Part shown: in pieces, positions 12,656 to 25,639 of the stretch
Numbering within the stretch: the stretch's first letter is position 1
Layout of the letters: each line of letters starts with the position of its first letter
Origin: Camelus ferus
Lineage: Eukaryota
Assembly: GCF_009834535.1 (NCBI RefSeq)
Contig: NC_045696.1
Coordinates: forward strand, 73,844,001 to 73,908,000
Direction of reading: 5' to 3'
Length of the DNA: 64,000 nt
Made by a program: the position numbers and the translations under genes
Notes under the pieces: model-generated
What the model was told of the DNA's origin: nothing
The model's database searches: none
The model's input: the letters and a program-made list of their open reading frames with translations, nothing else

Positions 12656-13034
12656 TGAAGTTTTAGGTTTGCTCGCAGAGAGCAGTAAACTGAGAGAAAT
12701 ACTTCAATGGGGGATTTGGGAAAGAAGAAATAGGAAAAAGCATGGGGCGTGGGATCCAGGCCAGGGAGGGCAAATCCAAGTGAGAAGCTCACAGCAACAG
12801 AGGACATCCTGGGGGTCCCAAGGGTCCTGGAGGCTAAGCCCTAAGAAAAACCTTCATAGTCAAAATGCCTTTGTCACGATTTAGTCTAGTACTCCTTGGC
12901 GGGGGGAGCAAGTTTCACGCTTCCTTTCTCTGTTCTTATTTTTACTTTCATAGCTTCTGATCTGCCTAACTGAAGTCACCTAGATACCACAGTTAAAGTG
13001 CATTCCTCCTCCTCCTCAACCAAAACCCAGAAAC

Positions 13035-13400
13035 GTCAATTAGATATTTAACATATGTCAGGCATTGAGCTGGGAGCTAAGAATAGAAAGATGAACAAGG
13101 TATTGTTTATGTCCTTGAAGAACAGCTTTCTAGTAAGAGAGAAATATAGGTAAACAGATGATTACAGTTGCATGATAATGTTAATTAGGTTACACATACC
13201 ACTTATAATGAATGAGGGGCAGTGTTTCAGGAATTGAAAGTATCAGAAAGATTTTAGGTATAAAGTTATGGTTGAGCTAATTGTTGAGGGGTAAGGGTTG
13301 CCTGAAATGCAAAAGCTTAGAAGCGTGAAGGATATCAGAGTTCTATAGGACAGATTTTCGGCTGGAAGCAGGGAGCACACATATTTGATGGAGCACGCAG
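13035..13400 (-). mobile_element. L2 fragment
   Basis: ATATGTCAGGCATTGAGCTGGGAGCTAAGAATAGAAAGATGAACAAG...GTCCTTGAAG, antisense L2 3' end. Confidence 0.75.
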
Positions 13401-15178
13401 CCCTTTTAGAGTGTAAAGGACTGGAGGTGAATTCAGAAAGCAATGACCCTAAATCCACCCTATAATTAAGAGTTATTTTCCATCCATAACACAGTGACGT
13501 TTATGAAAGAAGTCAGCCCTATTACACTATGGACAGGGGGATCTAAAGGACTTTGTGGTAACCCTGATAGATCCCCTCTCAGGTGGCCTTTTTGGGAACC
13601 TGCATGGTCACTGCTGAATCTTGAGTGCATCATCTGTGCTCTTTGCTTAGACTCGTTCTTGAGTCAGATAGCCCATCTATTATCATCTGAAATTAGCCTG
13701 TCCTTTAAGGAGTAGTTCACATCTCAGTTATACCCAGTATGAAGTTTTCCCTGACTCAGACTGTAGTTCATAGCATCATCTTTTTCTGAATGTATGAAGT
13801 GTTTATGGTCTAAAGAGAACATTAGACACACAAGTCATTCTCTAGAGTCGCCTCTTACATGTGAAAGATCCCTGAAAATTTATTCAATTACCATTTAAAT
13901 TGGTAGGTCTGATCTGAGCACTCTGAAATTCAAGAATTAGCTAGTTTTTTCTTTGCTAATTCTTGGCTGTGACCTCTCTTTCCTGGAGCAGTGCGGTCCA
14001 AGGTTTCAATGTACACCTTGACAAGCAGAGGAAATGGGAATTTCTCCCCAAGCAGGGAAGACTGTATGCAATCTGAGGTCAAGGGACAGGTCTAATATCT
14101 CTTTTTATCCTCCCTGGTTTCCAGTATTATTCTTTGTTGGTTTGTTGGTTAGTGTGGAGAGAGAAGCACCTATATAGAATTAAAACTGTGCAAGTACTTT
14201 CCTGGACAAAAGTGGCTACTCATTGTGAAGGTAGTCAGACAGAGAAGCCATCTCTCTGCCTCAAGGCAAGTGTCCCTGATAAACACCTACTTCTTTTCTA
14301 CAAGGCTCTATGTATTTAAATTATTTTGAAAAAGAAAACCTGGGATATTTATGAAATAAATCTGCTTTCCCCTAAAATTCACAAATTAAGAATTTTAAAA
14401 TATGTTTAGATAAAATAGAGATAAAAGTCCATAGACCTATTAATTATTTTAAGTTCTGGCAGAAAAAAAAAAAACTATGCTGTTAAAGAAATAAGAATTT
14501 TAAGAGCCACCTCTCCAGTGCTTTTTGACAAATGTGAAAGAGAAAAGCAGAATGCTGTCTCCTTCATAACTGCTATTACTTTAGGCAAAACTTTGGCCAC
14601 AAAGTCCACTTCCTTGCCTCTCTGATTTTCTTATTTCAACAATTGCACTAAATTCTGGGTAAATTAATTTTCCCTCAAAATGAAAGGTCCTTTTAATAAT
14701 TTCTTGAATGTTCACATCATTGTCATTAATGGGCTTTGTTCTGTTCACTGTAGGATAACTTCTTTATATATTTGTCTTTTCAAATGCTTTCTTCCCATGA
14801 ATAGACATCATAGTAAGTCACTTGAAAAAATCTCCTGTAAATATGGATTTTTTTTCAATATTATCAACCATTGTCTCATAATTTTCTTTCATAACTCTGA
14901 CTTGGAATTACAGAAACCCTGGTCATGAATGCCAGGTCACATTCTATACTTGTAGCTTGAAAAAGCCATTTGATAAGAAATACAAAGCTTTTTGTAGTTA
15001 AAAAAACAATAGTAAAGCATCAATATGGGTTAGGATTCTGAAGAACTTATTTTTAAGTATCTTTTGTTCTTTTTCAGTACTTTGAAGTTTAAACTGAGAA
15101 TTCAAGATAAAAATATGAATAGTTAAGAGTTCAAGGAAATGTCACTTCTAGAGACCATATTCTTGAGAATATATATAT

Positions 15179-15346
15179 ATATGTATGTATTTTAAAAATA
15201 TTTATTTATTTAATTTTTGGGAGGGGAGGGAGGAAGGTAATTAGGTTTATTTATTTCTTTTTTTTTTAAATGGAGGTCCTAGGGATTGAACATAGGACCT
15301 TGTGCATGCTAAGCACGCGCTCTACCACTGAGCTATATCCTCCCCC
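15179..15346 (-). mobile_element. Vic-1-like tRNA-derived SINE (camelid)
   Basis: Reverse complement GGGGGAGGATATAGCTCAGTGGTAGAGCGCGTGCTTAGCATGCACAAGGTCCTATGTTCAATCCC (Pol III A/B boxes), A-rich tail; perfect 15-bp TSD TGAGAATATATATAT at 15164-15178 and 15347-15361. Confidence 0.9.
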
Positions 15347-15389
15347 TGAGAATATATATATTTTTTAAGTGACCAAATGTGGGATTCAG

Positions 15390-15610
15390 GGTAGTACCGT
15401 GGTTAGGGCTGTAGGAACCAATGAGTGACACACCTGATTGTGCTGGTCTCTCGGCTCTTCCACTCATTAGTCCGTCGTGTGACTTTGGTGTCCTCATTTA
15501 TAAATTGAGGATTACAGTAGCTACTTGAAAGGGCTTTTATGAAAATTAAATGAAGCAACCTACATAAAATGCTTAGCAGTATCCTAAACCTATCAAGATA
15601 GCTATTATTT
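15390..15610 (+). mobile_element. MIR SINE
   Basis: GTGTGACTTTGG..CCTCATTTATAAATTGAGGATTACAGTAGCTAC...AAATGCTTAGCA. Confidence 0.75.
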
Positions 15611-16544
15611 TAACAGATCAAGGTAGCGTTTGTTGTAAGACACATATAATCGAATGTTAACTTTGTGGTCTGAAGTGTTTTGCTATTAAGCAGATTCTTT
15701 AGTAGGCCAAATCTCTTGTCACTGAAGTGTTCTGAAACATACCTTGATGTTTAATAGAAAAACACATTATTATTATTATTGTCTATATTTGCCTGTTATT
15801 TTGGCACTGTATGGAATTTACAACTAGGAAGCTAAATAATTCCAGGAATGGGAATTTAGAAATTTTTTTTACATAGGGCCCAAAGGAACCTTATTATGGG
15901 TGATAGTACTTTCATTTGAGGGGCTCGGGTGAGAACACAACTTTCCCAGGAGATTTATGTGATTGAGTATTATTTTTGTGTGCTTCAAGAGGATGGTCAG
16001 TCACATAGAACAGGTCAGACCCATACTCCTAGTTCTTAACCTAGAAAAACAAATCAAGTGGATTCAGAATAAATTTATAGGCCACACACCCAGGTGTATC
16101 AAAAGCACTTTATTTTTCTACAGATAGAATTAATGTCTACCTCTAGCTTTCATTTACTGAAGGGCAGAAATTCAATTTCCCTTTAATTCAGGTTTGCATC
16201 TAAATCCTGGAGGGTTTACACGGTGCTCACTCACCAAGGATTTCTGGGGCTTGACTCAAAGTGTTTGGTGCGGGACTCAGTATCCAATCCACTTTAAACA
16301 TATAGCACAATTGCTTTCTTGTCTATCCCCTCTTCCTGCTTTACCTTCCCCCCTTCTGGAAGACCTATATTTAGTTGTTGGAGTAAAATGTTATGTCTTC
16401 TCACATCGTCTCCTTCCAACTTTTTTTTTAATGGATAAATCTTATGTACTGAATCCTTCAGAGATTAGATTTTTAAAATACTAAAGCTCAGTCTTGCAAG
16501 TAAAAAAGCTGTGTGTTTCATTTAAGGGCTGTCAGAAAAAATGT

Positions 16545-16865
16545 GATTAATAAGATATTTGATGATATTAAAGAATTATTGTTTAATTTTTAAATGTGAC
16601 AATGGTATTTATTGTGGTTATATTTTCTTTAAAAAAAATGAGTCTTTCCCAGTTAATACATCTTGTACAACAAACAAACTGGTATGGAGAAAGGGAATTA
16701 CCAAAAAGTCTTTATCTTTTGGAGAAGCAGAGTGGGTAAGGGTGTAGGTTAATCAGGATTGGCCTTGAGTTGATGATGGTTGAAACTGGGTGGTGCATAG
16801 AAAGGAGTGTATTATATTAATCTCTCTGCTTTTGTATTTGTTTGAGAGTTTCCATAATAAAAATG
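16545..16865 (+). mobile_element. Ancient L1 (L1MC/L1ME-like) 3' end
   Basis: GATATTTGATGATATTAAAGAATTATTG...TTGATGATGGTTGAAACTGGGTG...TTTCCATAATAAAA. Confidence 0.8.
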
Positions 16866-19478
16866 TGGTTTTTTTTTTTTTTAAAAGGCATGAGTTCTAA
16901 GAGCCTGTTACAGCAATCAGAAAACAAGAACTGAGTGTCTGTGTACTCTGCATTCTTTTAGTCTTCCTTCTTTCCTTAAGTAATGCCTAGTTCTGACCAA
17001 CTGAGAAGAGTCGCAGAGTGACATAATATTCTTGGAAGAGGAAGAGCTTGTTAATACATCAAAATTTCACCCTATTACACAAACCAACCATTTACTTCAG
17101 AGTTTGGATATGGATATATTTAATGATTAATAACATGCATCATTGATACTTCCCTAACATCCTTGGTTATATATTCACCATGTTAGATGTGCAAAGTGAT
17201 GTAGAAAGTTTGGAACTGCTAAAATATTTTGTAGACTTGAGGAAGATTTTTTTTAATCAGTCAGTTAGCCAGCAGGTTTGGGGGTAGGAGCTGGGTAGAG
17301 ATTATACCATATGAGTTATTCTGCAGAGTTCAGCTAGTGGAAAATGTCTTCTAAATTATGGCCTCTGTTGCTGAGAATTTGTGTAAATTGATCTAACCAC
17401 ATTCTTGAAAATGTTAACAAGCTCCTGTAAGAGAAAGAAGTTGGTAAGTATAAAACACAGTATTAAAGTAGTGGTAAAGTTCATGTCAATATCAAAAAAG
17501 AAATGACAAAGGCAGCTACTGTGTAGGCTACAGAATATTTAGCAATTTAGCAATATTTAGTAATCAGCAATATGGCTGGTTTCATCTCTGGCTTGTCCCC
17601 TACTGTAGAGAAGTTTTTCATAAAACATTTGTTGAGTACCTATGCTGTGCCGGGAACTGGACATGAGAAGACAAATAACATAGATGCCAACATAGAGCTC
17701 ACGGTATGGTAGGTAGCGGGAAGTACAGCTTGGTCTACTTCTGATTACCCTCTCATTCTCTCACTCTCCCAGTTTATATTATTATGTGTAAGATTAATAC
17801 AAATATTAAGTTCAGGGGTAAGAAAATTCTGCAAAACTTTATAATTAGTTTGAAACATTTAGAAACACATAGATTTATTCTCCTTAATGGCAGAATAGCT
17901 AAGATGAACAACTACTGAATATTATAATTTAGTGCATTACTTTTCTTTAATACTTTTGAATTTCAGAGCTAGGTGTGAGAGAAAAGGTATTTTTCTTCTC
18001 CACTTGTTTGTTCTCCCACCCATTTCTTCTTTCTTCACTCCCTATATCCTTCCTAGAGCCACAGTGAAAATTACTTTAATTTCTGAAAGGCACTTCTGTG
18101 GGAGAGAGGGAAAAAAATATTACAGTGGAAATAAATGTTGGAACAGGCAGTGTCTTCTATGAAGGACACTGAAGTAGCTAATAGTTCCCCTAAGAGATTA
18201 CCAGTGGAGTGGTCTCGAATGAAAGAAAGGTGTCATGAAAGATCATTGCTTCAGTTATTATTAATGGATTGTTATTCCCACAAAGATCATCTGGGGAATG
18301 GTTCTGATTGGTCAACTGGTACCATCAAACGTAGTTTGTTTAGCTGTGTGACTAATGCCACTGTTTTCAAGGTCTGCTCACGGTACTTCAATTAGATGGA
18401 GGCTATGGCAGTTAGAGAAGCTTTCTTGAACTCTTTGGTGAGTTTCAGGAAAGAAAAACTTTTCCATTAACTGTGAAATTTAAAAAAAAATCCTATAATG
18501 TATTTCTTAACGAGATTAGAAACCAGAACCCTGGTAGGCTTTTGTTTAGCTATTTTGCTAAGGGTGTTCTGCTAAGTCCATGCAAAGAATGAATAATTCA
18601 GATTGAAAACCTTAGCATTTTACTTAAAAGCCTTATTTTCATTTTTGGAAAATGTGACAGCAAGAATTAGTACTGGCACTTCTGTTTCAATAATGGTGGT
18701 GATGTTTAAATGACAACAAATACATAATTGGACTTACATGCACATTTATGGACACAAAAATGTCACTACCTATTTTGGTGGAACATTTTACACTTACTCT
18801 ATAAACAACAAAAATCAGCTTAAGTTGTTTTTATCTATAAGCAATGAATCAATGTGACAAACTCTTGTGGTATTCATACTTTGAGGAAAAATATCCTTTT
18901 TTTCCATTCCCTGATTTTGAAAGAATGAAATTGTTTGTTTGAAATAAGATCCTTGATGAGTCCTCTTTAAATAAATGTTAACCCATTTTCATAACATTCC
19001 TAAAGGTTCTTTGACGATCAATAGTTAGACTCCTCTTCAAATTGGAAGATAGATTAGAGACAAACTGTAGCAGAATAATTCTATGCTTCCCTCAGTTTGA
19101 CTGAGCTGAAGTTGTCTGAATATTATAGGGTATGAGATTAAGCATTTTATGGTGAGAACAGAGAAAAGAGATCAGGAAATAGAAAGTTGTGGAAAGAATG
19201 GGGGAACTCACTGATACCACCTTGAGTACCAATCATTTTACCCGTGGAAGACATAGGATAAATAATGATATAAAACAACAAAGAAAAATAACTACTTATC
19301 TCCCAACTAATGCATAGATGTCTGTTTTAAGATTAAGAATAAAGCAAATTTGTGTATTAATAAGAAATATGGTTATGAGCTCAAAGACTTGCAGTGAATT
19401 CCTGGTCTACTCCATCCCAGCAGGAGGTCTGAATATTTCCATACCTCCTTGAATTTTCTGAGACATGTAGCCACTCTT

Positions 19479-19598
19479 TTTTAAATTAATTTTTTAAAAT
19501 TGATGTATAGTTTCTGTACAATATTATATAAGTTACAGATGTACAATATCATGATACACACTTTTTAAAAGGTTATACTCCATTTATAGTTATTATAA
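19479..19598 (-). mobile_element. 5'-truncated L1 3' end (same family as 38513-39206)
   Basis: Poly-T then TTGATGTATAG...TACAATATTATAT...TTATACTCCATTTATAGTTATTATAA, closely similar to 38535-38630; CACTCTT duplicated on both flanks (19472-19478, 19603-19609). Confidence 0.85.
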
Positions 19599-21089
19599 CC
19601 AACACTCTTATTATTACTTTCTGTAATAATATTACAATCTCTTGGCATGATACTATATGATCAATTTGTTAACTTGAATTTGTTAACTTTCTTTTAAATA
19701 AAGGGTACCTTGGTAGGTGTTTTCCCAGATGTTGCTAATCTTAAAAATAACACATGCATTCAACTTTGGAGTAGCAAACTCTGCTAGGTTTTTCCTAGAG
19801 GCAATTTTAGTCCACCTATTAGTTGGGACATGTGGGTAAACTCTGAGAATTAAATAAAACAACTAGCTACAGATATGTTAAGATTGACTGTCCTGTCTTT
19901 AGCATCTTTATAGGATTAATCTGATTTCTCTTGCAATGGGTCAACAAGAATGTGTCTGCTACTGTTTTTGTTCCCTGTTCCTTTCTTAGGCATATGTAAT
20001 TCTTTATTCCTGTTTTTTGGCCAGGCTGCTCCACAGTTTATGAGCCCTCAGTGGTTTTCCCATCACATACAACTCACACTTTACCAACAGATGGTTCAGT
20101 ACAGTTTGTGCTTGTCTCAGGTCCTGCCCAGGAATGCAGGCTGTCTCGAATGCAGTCCACAGTAGAATCCTGATACCTGCCTTACTGCTCCTCTCCAGTC
20201 ATATCCCTCTTGCTCAGTTAGTGCTTTCATGCCCCTTTTTCCCCTAACAAGTCTAGGTTTTCCCTGACAAGAACGATGTTAAACCCACAATACGGTCTAA
20301 ATCAATGATATTGTTTAAACAGTTGGATCTCTCAGGCACATCTACATCTACTAGCTGATGTAAGTTTTAGAGAATAAAATTATTCATTATTGGTAGAATT
20401 TAGGTCTCAAAAGATATATTGGAAAAGTTTATTTTGGGGGGATTAGGGGTGCAGGTGAGTCAAGGGGTCTTGTCTGGCACCTCAGAAAATATTCCCAGTC
20501 TTACTTTGCTTACTTATAAGATTAGTTCTGGTGAAGTATAACTCTGCTTCTCCAGACCATCTCTCTCTCCCTACCTTCATACTGAAGATCAGGGAAACTT
20601 CCACTAAGAAGCTTTTCTTGATTAGTCTCACCATGCTTCAGCCAGCCTGTTTAAATTCTGACCTACTCTTCCACTGTTATCAGGCTGTTAAAGACCTCCA
20701 AGGGCTGGGGCCCTCCCACTTTTATAGACCCTACCCCACATTATATCACATCGAAATACACTGACATCCTACTTCAACTATGCATATACTTTTTTCTGCA
20801 AAAATAATTTAAAAGGATTGTGATACTTTTACGTCCCCAAATTTTTAGCTATGTATATCTTGTTTATTTTTAAATTGACTATAATTTTTTAGTAATCATT
20901 GTGCCTGCTCAGAAATTTTGGTGATGAAAAAATATACCTTACTCTTTTTTAATATAATGAAGTTTTATGAACATTAAATTTCACAAGTAACAAAGACGAC
21001 ATTATGTTGACAGTTTGTGGAAATTTAAGTAAACCCTTATTAGTTTACTTTTAAAGTTTTTGTGTTTCGTACTAAAATTGTTTTCAGGT

Positions 21090-21345
21090 GTCAAACATTT
21101 TTCCAAGTTCACAGAAGGCTCATTTTAGTGATCTCTGTATGTCAGGCAGTGCGCTGGCAGCTGAAGTTAAGAAGTTGAAAAGACAAAGTTCTTGCCCTCA
21201 AAGAGTTCAAGATGTGAGGAACATATTTAAAGAAATAATATCCATACAGTGTGGTAAGTGCGCTAATAAAAATAGCATGAGGAACACACGATGGCTGTGA
21301 CTAACTCGGTCCAGCCCAGTTCTCAGAAGAGGTGACTTTTGAGCA
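21090..21345 (-). mobile_element. L2 fragment
   Basis: TATGTCAGGCAGTGCGCTGG...CTTGCCCTCAAAGAGTTCA...ATACAGTGTGGTAAGTGC. Confidence 0.8.
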
Positions 21346-21579
21346 TAGCAATGACTGACTTCAGTCATTTCTAGATTGAAGAGACCCTGGCTCAGGATCC
21401 CGCATGGAGGATTATCTCATTGGTTATTTTCACCGTCTTTTAACTAACACGATCTTGAGTTCTTCTTGTTGAAATCTGGAATGTCTACCAGAGTTGGTCT
21501 GACATAATTTTCAACCTGTGGGGCTACCCTGCACTGTAGAGAAAGAATATGAACAGGAGGGAGATCCAATTGCATGTGG

Positions 21580-21760
21580 TCCTCAGAGAGGCCAGTGGTG
21601 TTATGATCTCATCATATAGGTGAGGAAAGAAAAACTCAGAGAAACTCAGAGAAGGGAAGTCATTTGCCTAAAGTCAGATGGGTGGTAAAATGGCAGAGCT
21701 GGGATTAACCTCCCTTCTGTATGACTCCACAACCCTTAACCTCAGCACTCTATAGACTGA
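21580..21760 (-). mobile_element. MIR SINE
   Basis: GTGAGGAAA...CTCAGAGAAGGGAAGTCATTTGCCTAAAGTCA...TGGCAGAGCTGGGATT. Confidence 0.8.
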
Positions 21761-22549
21761 GACACGGAATGCACATTCCCCAACTCATCCTTTGGGTGCT
21801 ATTCTCTAGGTAACTTGGTGTGTAGTACATTTTTTTCCATTAATTTCCTTCTCTGATGATGAACAGTAAAAGGACTTTTAAAATGAAGGGGGAAAAACTT
21901 ATATCAGGAAAAGATAACTCAGAAAGGAAAAAACGTGGAGCACAAAATCATTCCCCAAATCCCCCCAGCTTTTCCCATAGCTTCTTTTATAAAGTGACAA
22001 GCATTTCCATCTTCACCCTATGTTTTTGTATACCTTAGCAAGAAATGTTTTGCTTGATACATGAATTTTGATAAGGTAAGATTCATCAGAATAAAAAAGC
22101 TATAATATTTCATATATTTGAATGAATTTTAGGAAGGAAACTGAACAGAATAGGAGTATTCATATTATAAGAACCATTTTTAATGATCTAATTTTAAGAT
22201 CTTGTTAGAAGCTGAGAGTAGAACCCACACAAACATTTAGTAAGTGAAAGGTACTAATAGCAAAAATTCCTCAGAACCATGAAGATTAGTCTTTGCTATA
22301 AGTTAGGATTATATTCTGTTAGAAGGGTTCTGATTTTAGTATTGTGTAAGCTGTTTTCTTAATACATATCTACCCTCTGCCTAGGTGATATTCATGGAAT
22401 AAGGCATAGATAATGCATTTAGTAACACTGAGCTGAATCATGCAAAACATAATTTGTGTGCAATTTTGGGGAGTGTAAAATAAAAGTTGTTTTAAATGTC
22501 AGAAAAAAAAATCCATAAAATTAAAGCATTCTAATCAGAGAAAAAATTC

Positions 22550-23090
22550 AAAAGCTTGTGTCATAAAGGAAAACAATTTACTTGTGCCGGTACCCTTAGT
22601 AAGTGCCCCAAAGCGTTCCAGTGCTGTTACATTCTCTAATGATATTACAGTATGTGGCACATCTCATCTAATCTGTTAGTAAAATCCTAAAGTCACTTAT
22701 GTCAGTCTCTAATGCAAGCCAAATGAGTCTTTCCAGTAATAAGAAGCTTCACAGAATTAGTTTTCGTTTTGCAGAAAATTGCCATTGGGGCTGGCACTTT
22801 TATCTAAAAATTTCACTCGTGCATAAGCAAAAAACTCATATATTATTTGGTTACATTCCATCAGTATGAGAAATAACATTGTGAGAATTCTATGCATGCT
22901 AATGATATATAGAAATCCACCTGCTTTCAGATAAAATGAGTTTAATTTTCTGTTGCCCACTGCCTGGTTGGCCTTTCATAAATTACTTATGCACAGCTAT
23001 TATTAAAATAGAGGGAAAGCAAATTAGAAAGTCCTCCTATCTCTCCACTGGATTTAGCCAAGGCAGGGCTGTGACAGCTAGAGTCAGCGT
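22550..23090. promoter_or_regulatory. Candidate (ultra)conserved non-coding element
   Basis: Complex repeat-free sequence dense in TAAT/ATTA and POU-like motifs (TGCATAA, ATGCATGCTAAT, CATAAATTACTTATGCA); conservation is inferred, not observed. Confidence 0.5.
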
Positions 23091-25109
23091 TTTTGAAAAA
23101 ATTCTGCTCTCTTGAAAAATTTTGCATCTCTATACAATTCTATACCACTGTTGTAAACGTTCTGACCTGCCTTCTTACCAAATTAACCTAAATCCTTTCT
23201 ATTTTTCAACATTAATGGAATCCTCTAGAGTCCTGCTGATATATATTAAAATATATTTATTGGTTAATTTGAATTCCAGTATTTTGTACCTCATTTCCAG
23301 CCCTCCTGTTATATCTGAACAGCTTTGAGCTTTAGCATTAAAAACTTACAAATTAAGATACATACAGTACATCTTACAATTATCAGATCAAAACAACTTA
23401 ACTTTTATTGGAGTATAGAATGGCAAATTTAACTTTCTGATAAAATAGAAAAAGAAGGCTGTCTGTGGGAAAGAGTTAACTGGATTTCAAAGAGTGTTTT
23501 CTAGCTGATTGGGGGTGGTCTTTACTGGTCAATGAATACTTGACCTCCGGGTTTTAAGGACAGGTGAAAAGTTTTCATTTCTAGAGGGTTTTGGAATCCA
23601 AAGTTTCCAATAACTTAGAACTAATTTCTGTTAACTATTACTTTGTTCAATTATGATCACAAGTTTCTGAGAATATCAGGTGACAATGTCTTTGAAAACT
23701 GAATAAGCATTGGTGAGGCTCCACCCTTTCAATGCCATGGTGTTAAAAGAATGATCAAAACACTGTTTTGAAAAGCAACTTCACCTGCAGTTCATATTAA
23801 AAAAGATAAACGAATACTTCCAAGTCATTTCATAAAATTTCAATATAAACAGATTATTTTTAAAGACAATTGTATCCTGGGTTGGGGAGGATGGTTACCA
23901 GACTCAAATAACATTTAACCTAATTCTGGAAAATAAAATATGCTCATTGGTTTCTGTTGCTAAGGTCTTTGTCGTAGTGTTTTGATATAAGCTTTGTGCA
24001 TAACTAAGTGAAGTTTTTTAAACAGCATCTTGATAGTATGTTATTAATACAAATAAAATTACAAATGAATATTTGTGGTGTATGGGTGGGGTGAAAGTGG
24101 AACAGTCTTAGGAGACTATAGTGGAATGAAAAAGGGAGACACATACCTCTTTTTTTTCTCATCTCTGCCCTGAATCCAAAGTAGCCATTTTTCTACGTTG
24201 GGAGAAATCTTTCCAACAAAGGTAACAAATGTACTTATACTGATGTTCAAAATGAATGTTGAAAAAAAATCCCAAGCAAATAAAACCTAGCAACACAACT
24301 AAAAGGCATAACAAATGATTTTGGAAATTGGCTGCTATAAGATACCAGAGAAAAATATCATTTTCAGGTTCATCCGCAGTGATTTTTAAATGAGGTCATC
24401 TCTCCTTCTGTCAAAGTTTAATGACAAAGTGTTTAACCCTTGAGAGAACTGGATGAAAAATATTGTTTATGTATCCAGCATTATTAATTCTTAAAAGTCA
24501 GTGTGCAATTATATGGTCTTATGATGCCTTTAAAATAAATCTATTCTGAAATTTGCAAGGTGGAATTTACTAGCAATAGAGTTTTGTCAAATGTCTCAGA
24601 AAGGATACAGAATTTGAGATCGGTGAACTACTTGACTCATGATATGTTAATCCTCTGTGTATAAAATACTTAACTAGCTGAAGCTTCTTAGATGTACTGT
24701 TTTTACCTTGGCAATGGTGGTTTGAGCGAAGAAATCCCAAGGAAGACAAATAATCAGTGTGTCATTACTCCCCAGGAGTCTGCATAAAGTCTAACACCTG
24801 CATGAAAAGAGAATCGTCTGTTCCTTTAGATAGTTTAAGGTAGCAAGCAGCATAGTTGGCATTTTGCAGACACAGCTTCCTATCAGTTCTAAGGGCTGTA
24901 GACTAGGAAGGAACTTAAATCTAAATTGACATTAGAAAATGAATTAAATTATCAGGATAGTTAGGGCAAAAAGCTAAAATAAAGTTTTGCAAATAAATCA
25001 ATCACATGCTATTCCTCAAAAACTATACCTTGTTTTTCCTGTAGACTATTTGCTTTGAATTAATTCATCATTTAGTTGATCCATTGTTTCTCTGTAAATT
25101 GTTTGAAAG

Positions 25110-25350
25110 GCAGCATGAATGGAGTTGTGAAAAGTTAGGAACCGTTGAGTCTCACAGACTTAGATTTGAAACTTGGCTGTATCATTAGCTAGCTAGGTAG
25201 GCACATAACCTCAAGGAAGCGTTAATTTCTTCATTTATAAAAATGGAATAATACCTAATTCACAGTTTATTGGGAGGATAGAATAAGATCATGTATGAAA
25301 ATGATTAACTTACGGGTATGTAGGTGCTCAATAAACATTAGGCTTTCTTT
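25110..25350 (+). mobile_element. MIR SINE
   Basis: GGCAGCATG...TTTCTTCATTTATAAAATGGAATAATACCT...TAGGTGCTCAATAAA. Confidence 0.85.
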
Positions 25351-25639
25351 AGTACATTTAACCAGCTGCAGGTATGTAAGACTTTTTAGAACGAGCTTCA
25401 GCTCTTACACAGTTTTGGTGGTATTATAGGTATGATTTCCCTTCAGTCAATTGTAGGTATGTAAAAATTTTATTGTTGTCGTGGTACTTTAGCTGTAACA
25501 TATGTTTTTGTAGTGTAGTGTTATGATCTCCATATATAATTCCTCAGTATGTACATCCATGAATGAAGCAGAGAAGGGCTTGTTTCTTAAAAAAGGACAC
25601 GGACTTTGAAAATACAAAGGATTTCAATACATTCTTAAA

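Noticed and set aside
15270..15346. tRNA gene (also 28254-28325 and 54712-54783)
   Set aside because: The tRNA-like heads have A-rich tails and target-site duplications, so these are SINEs, not tRNA genes.
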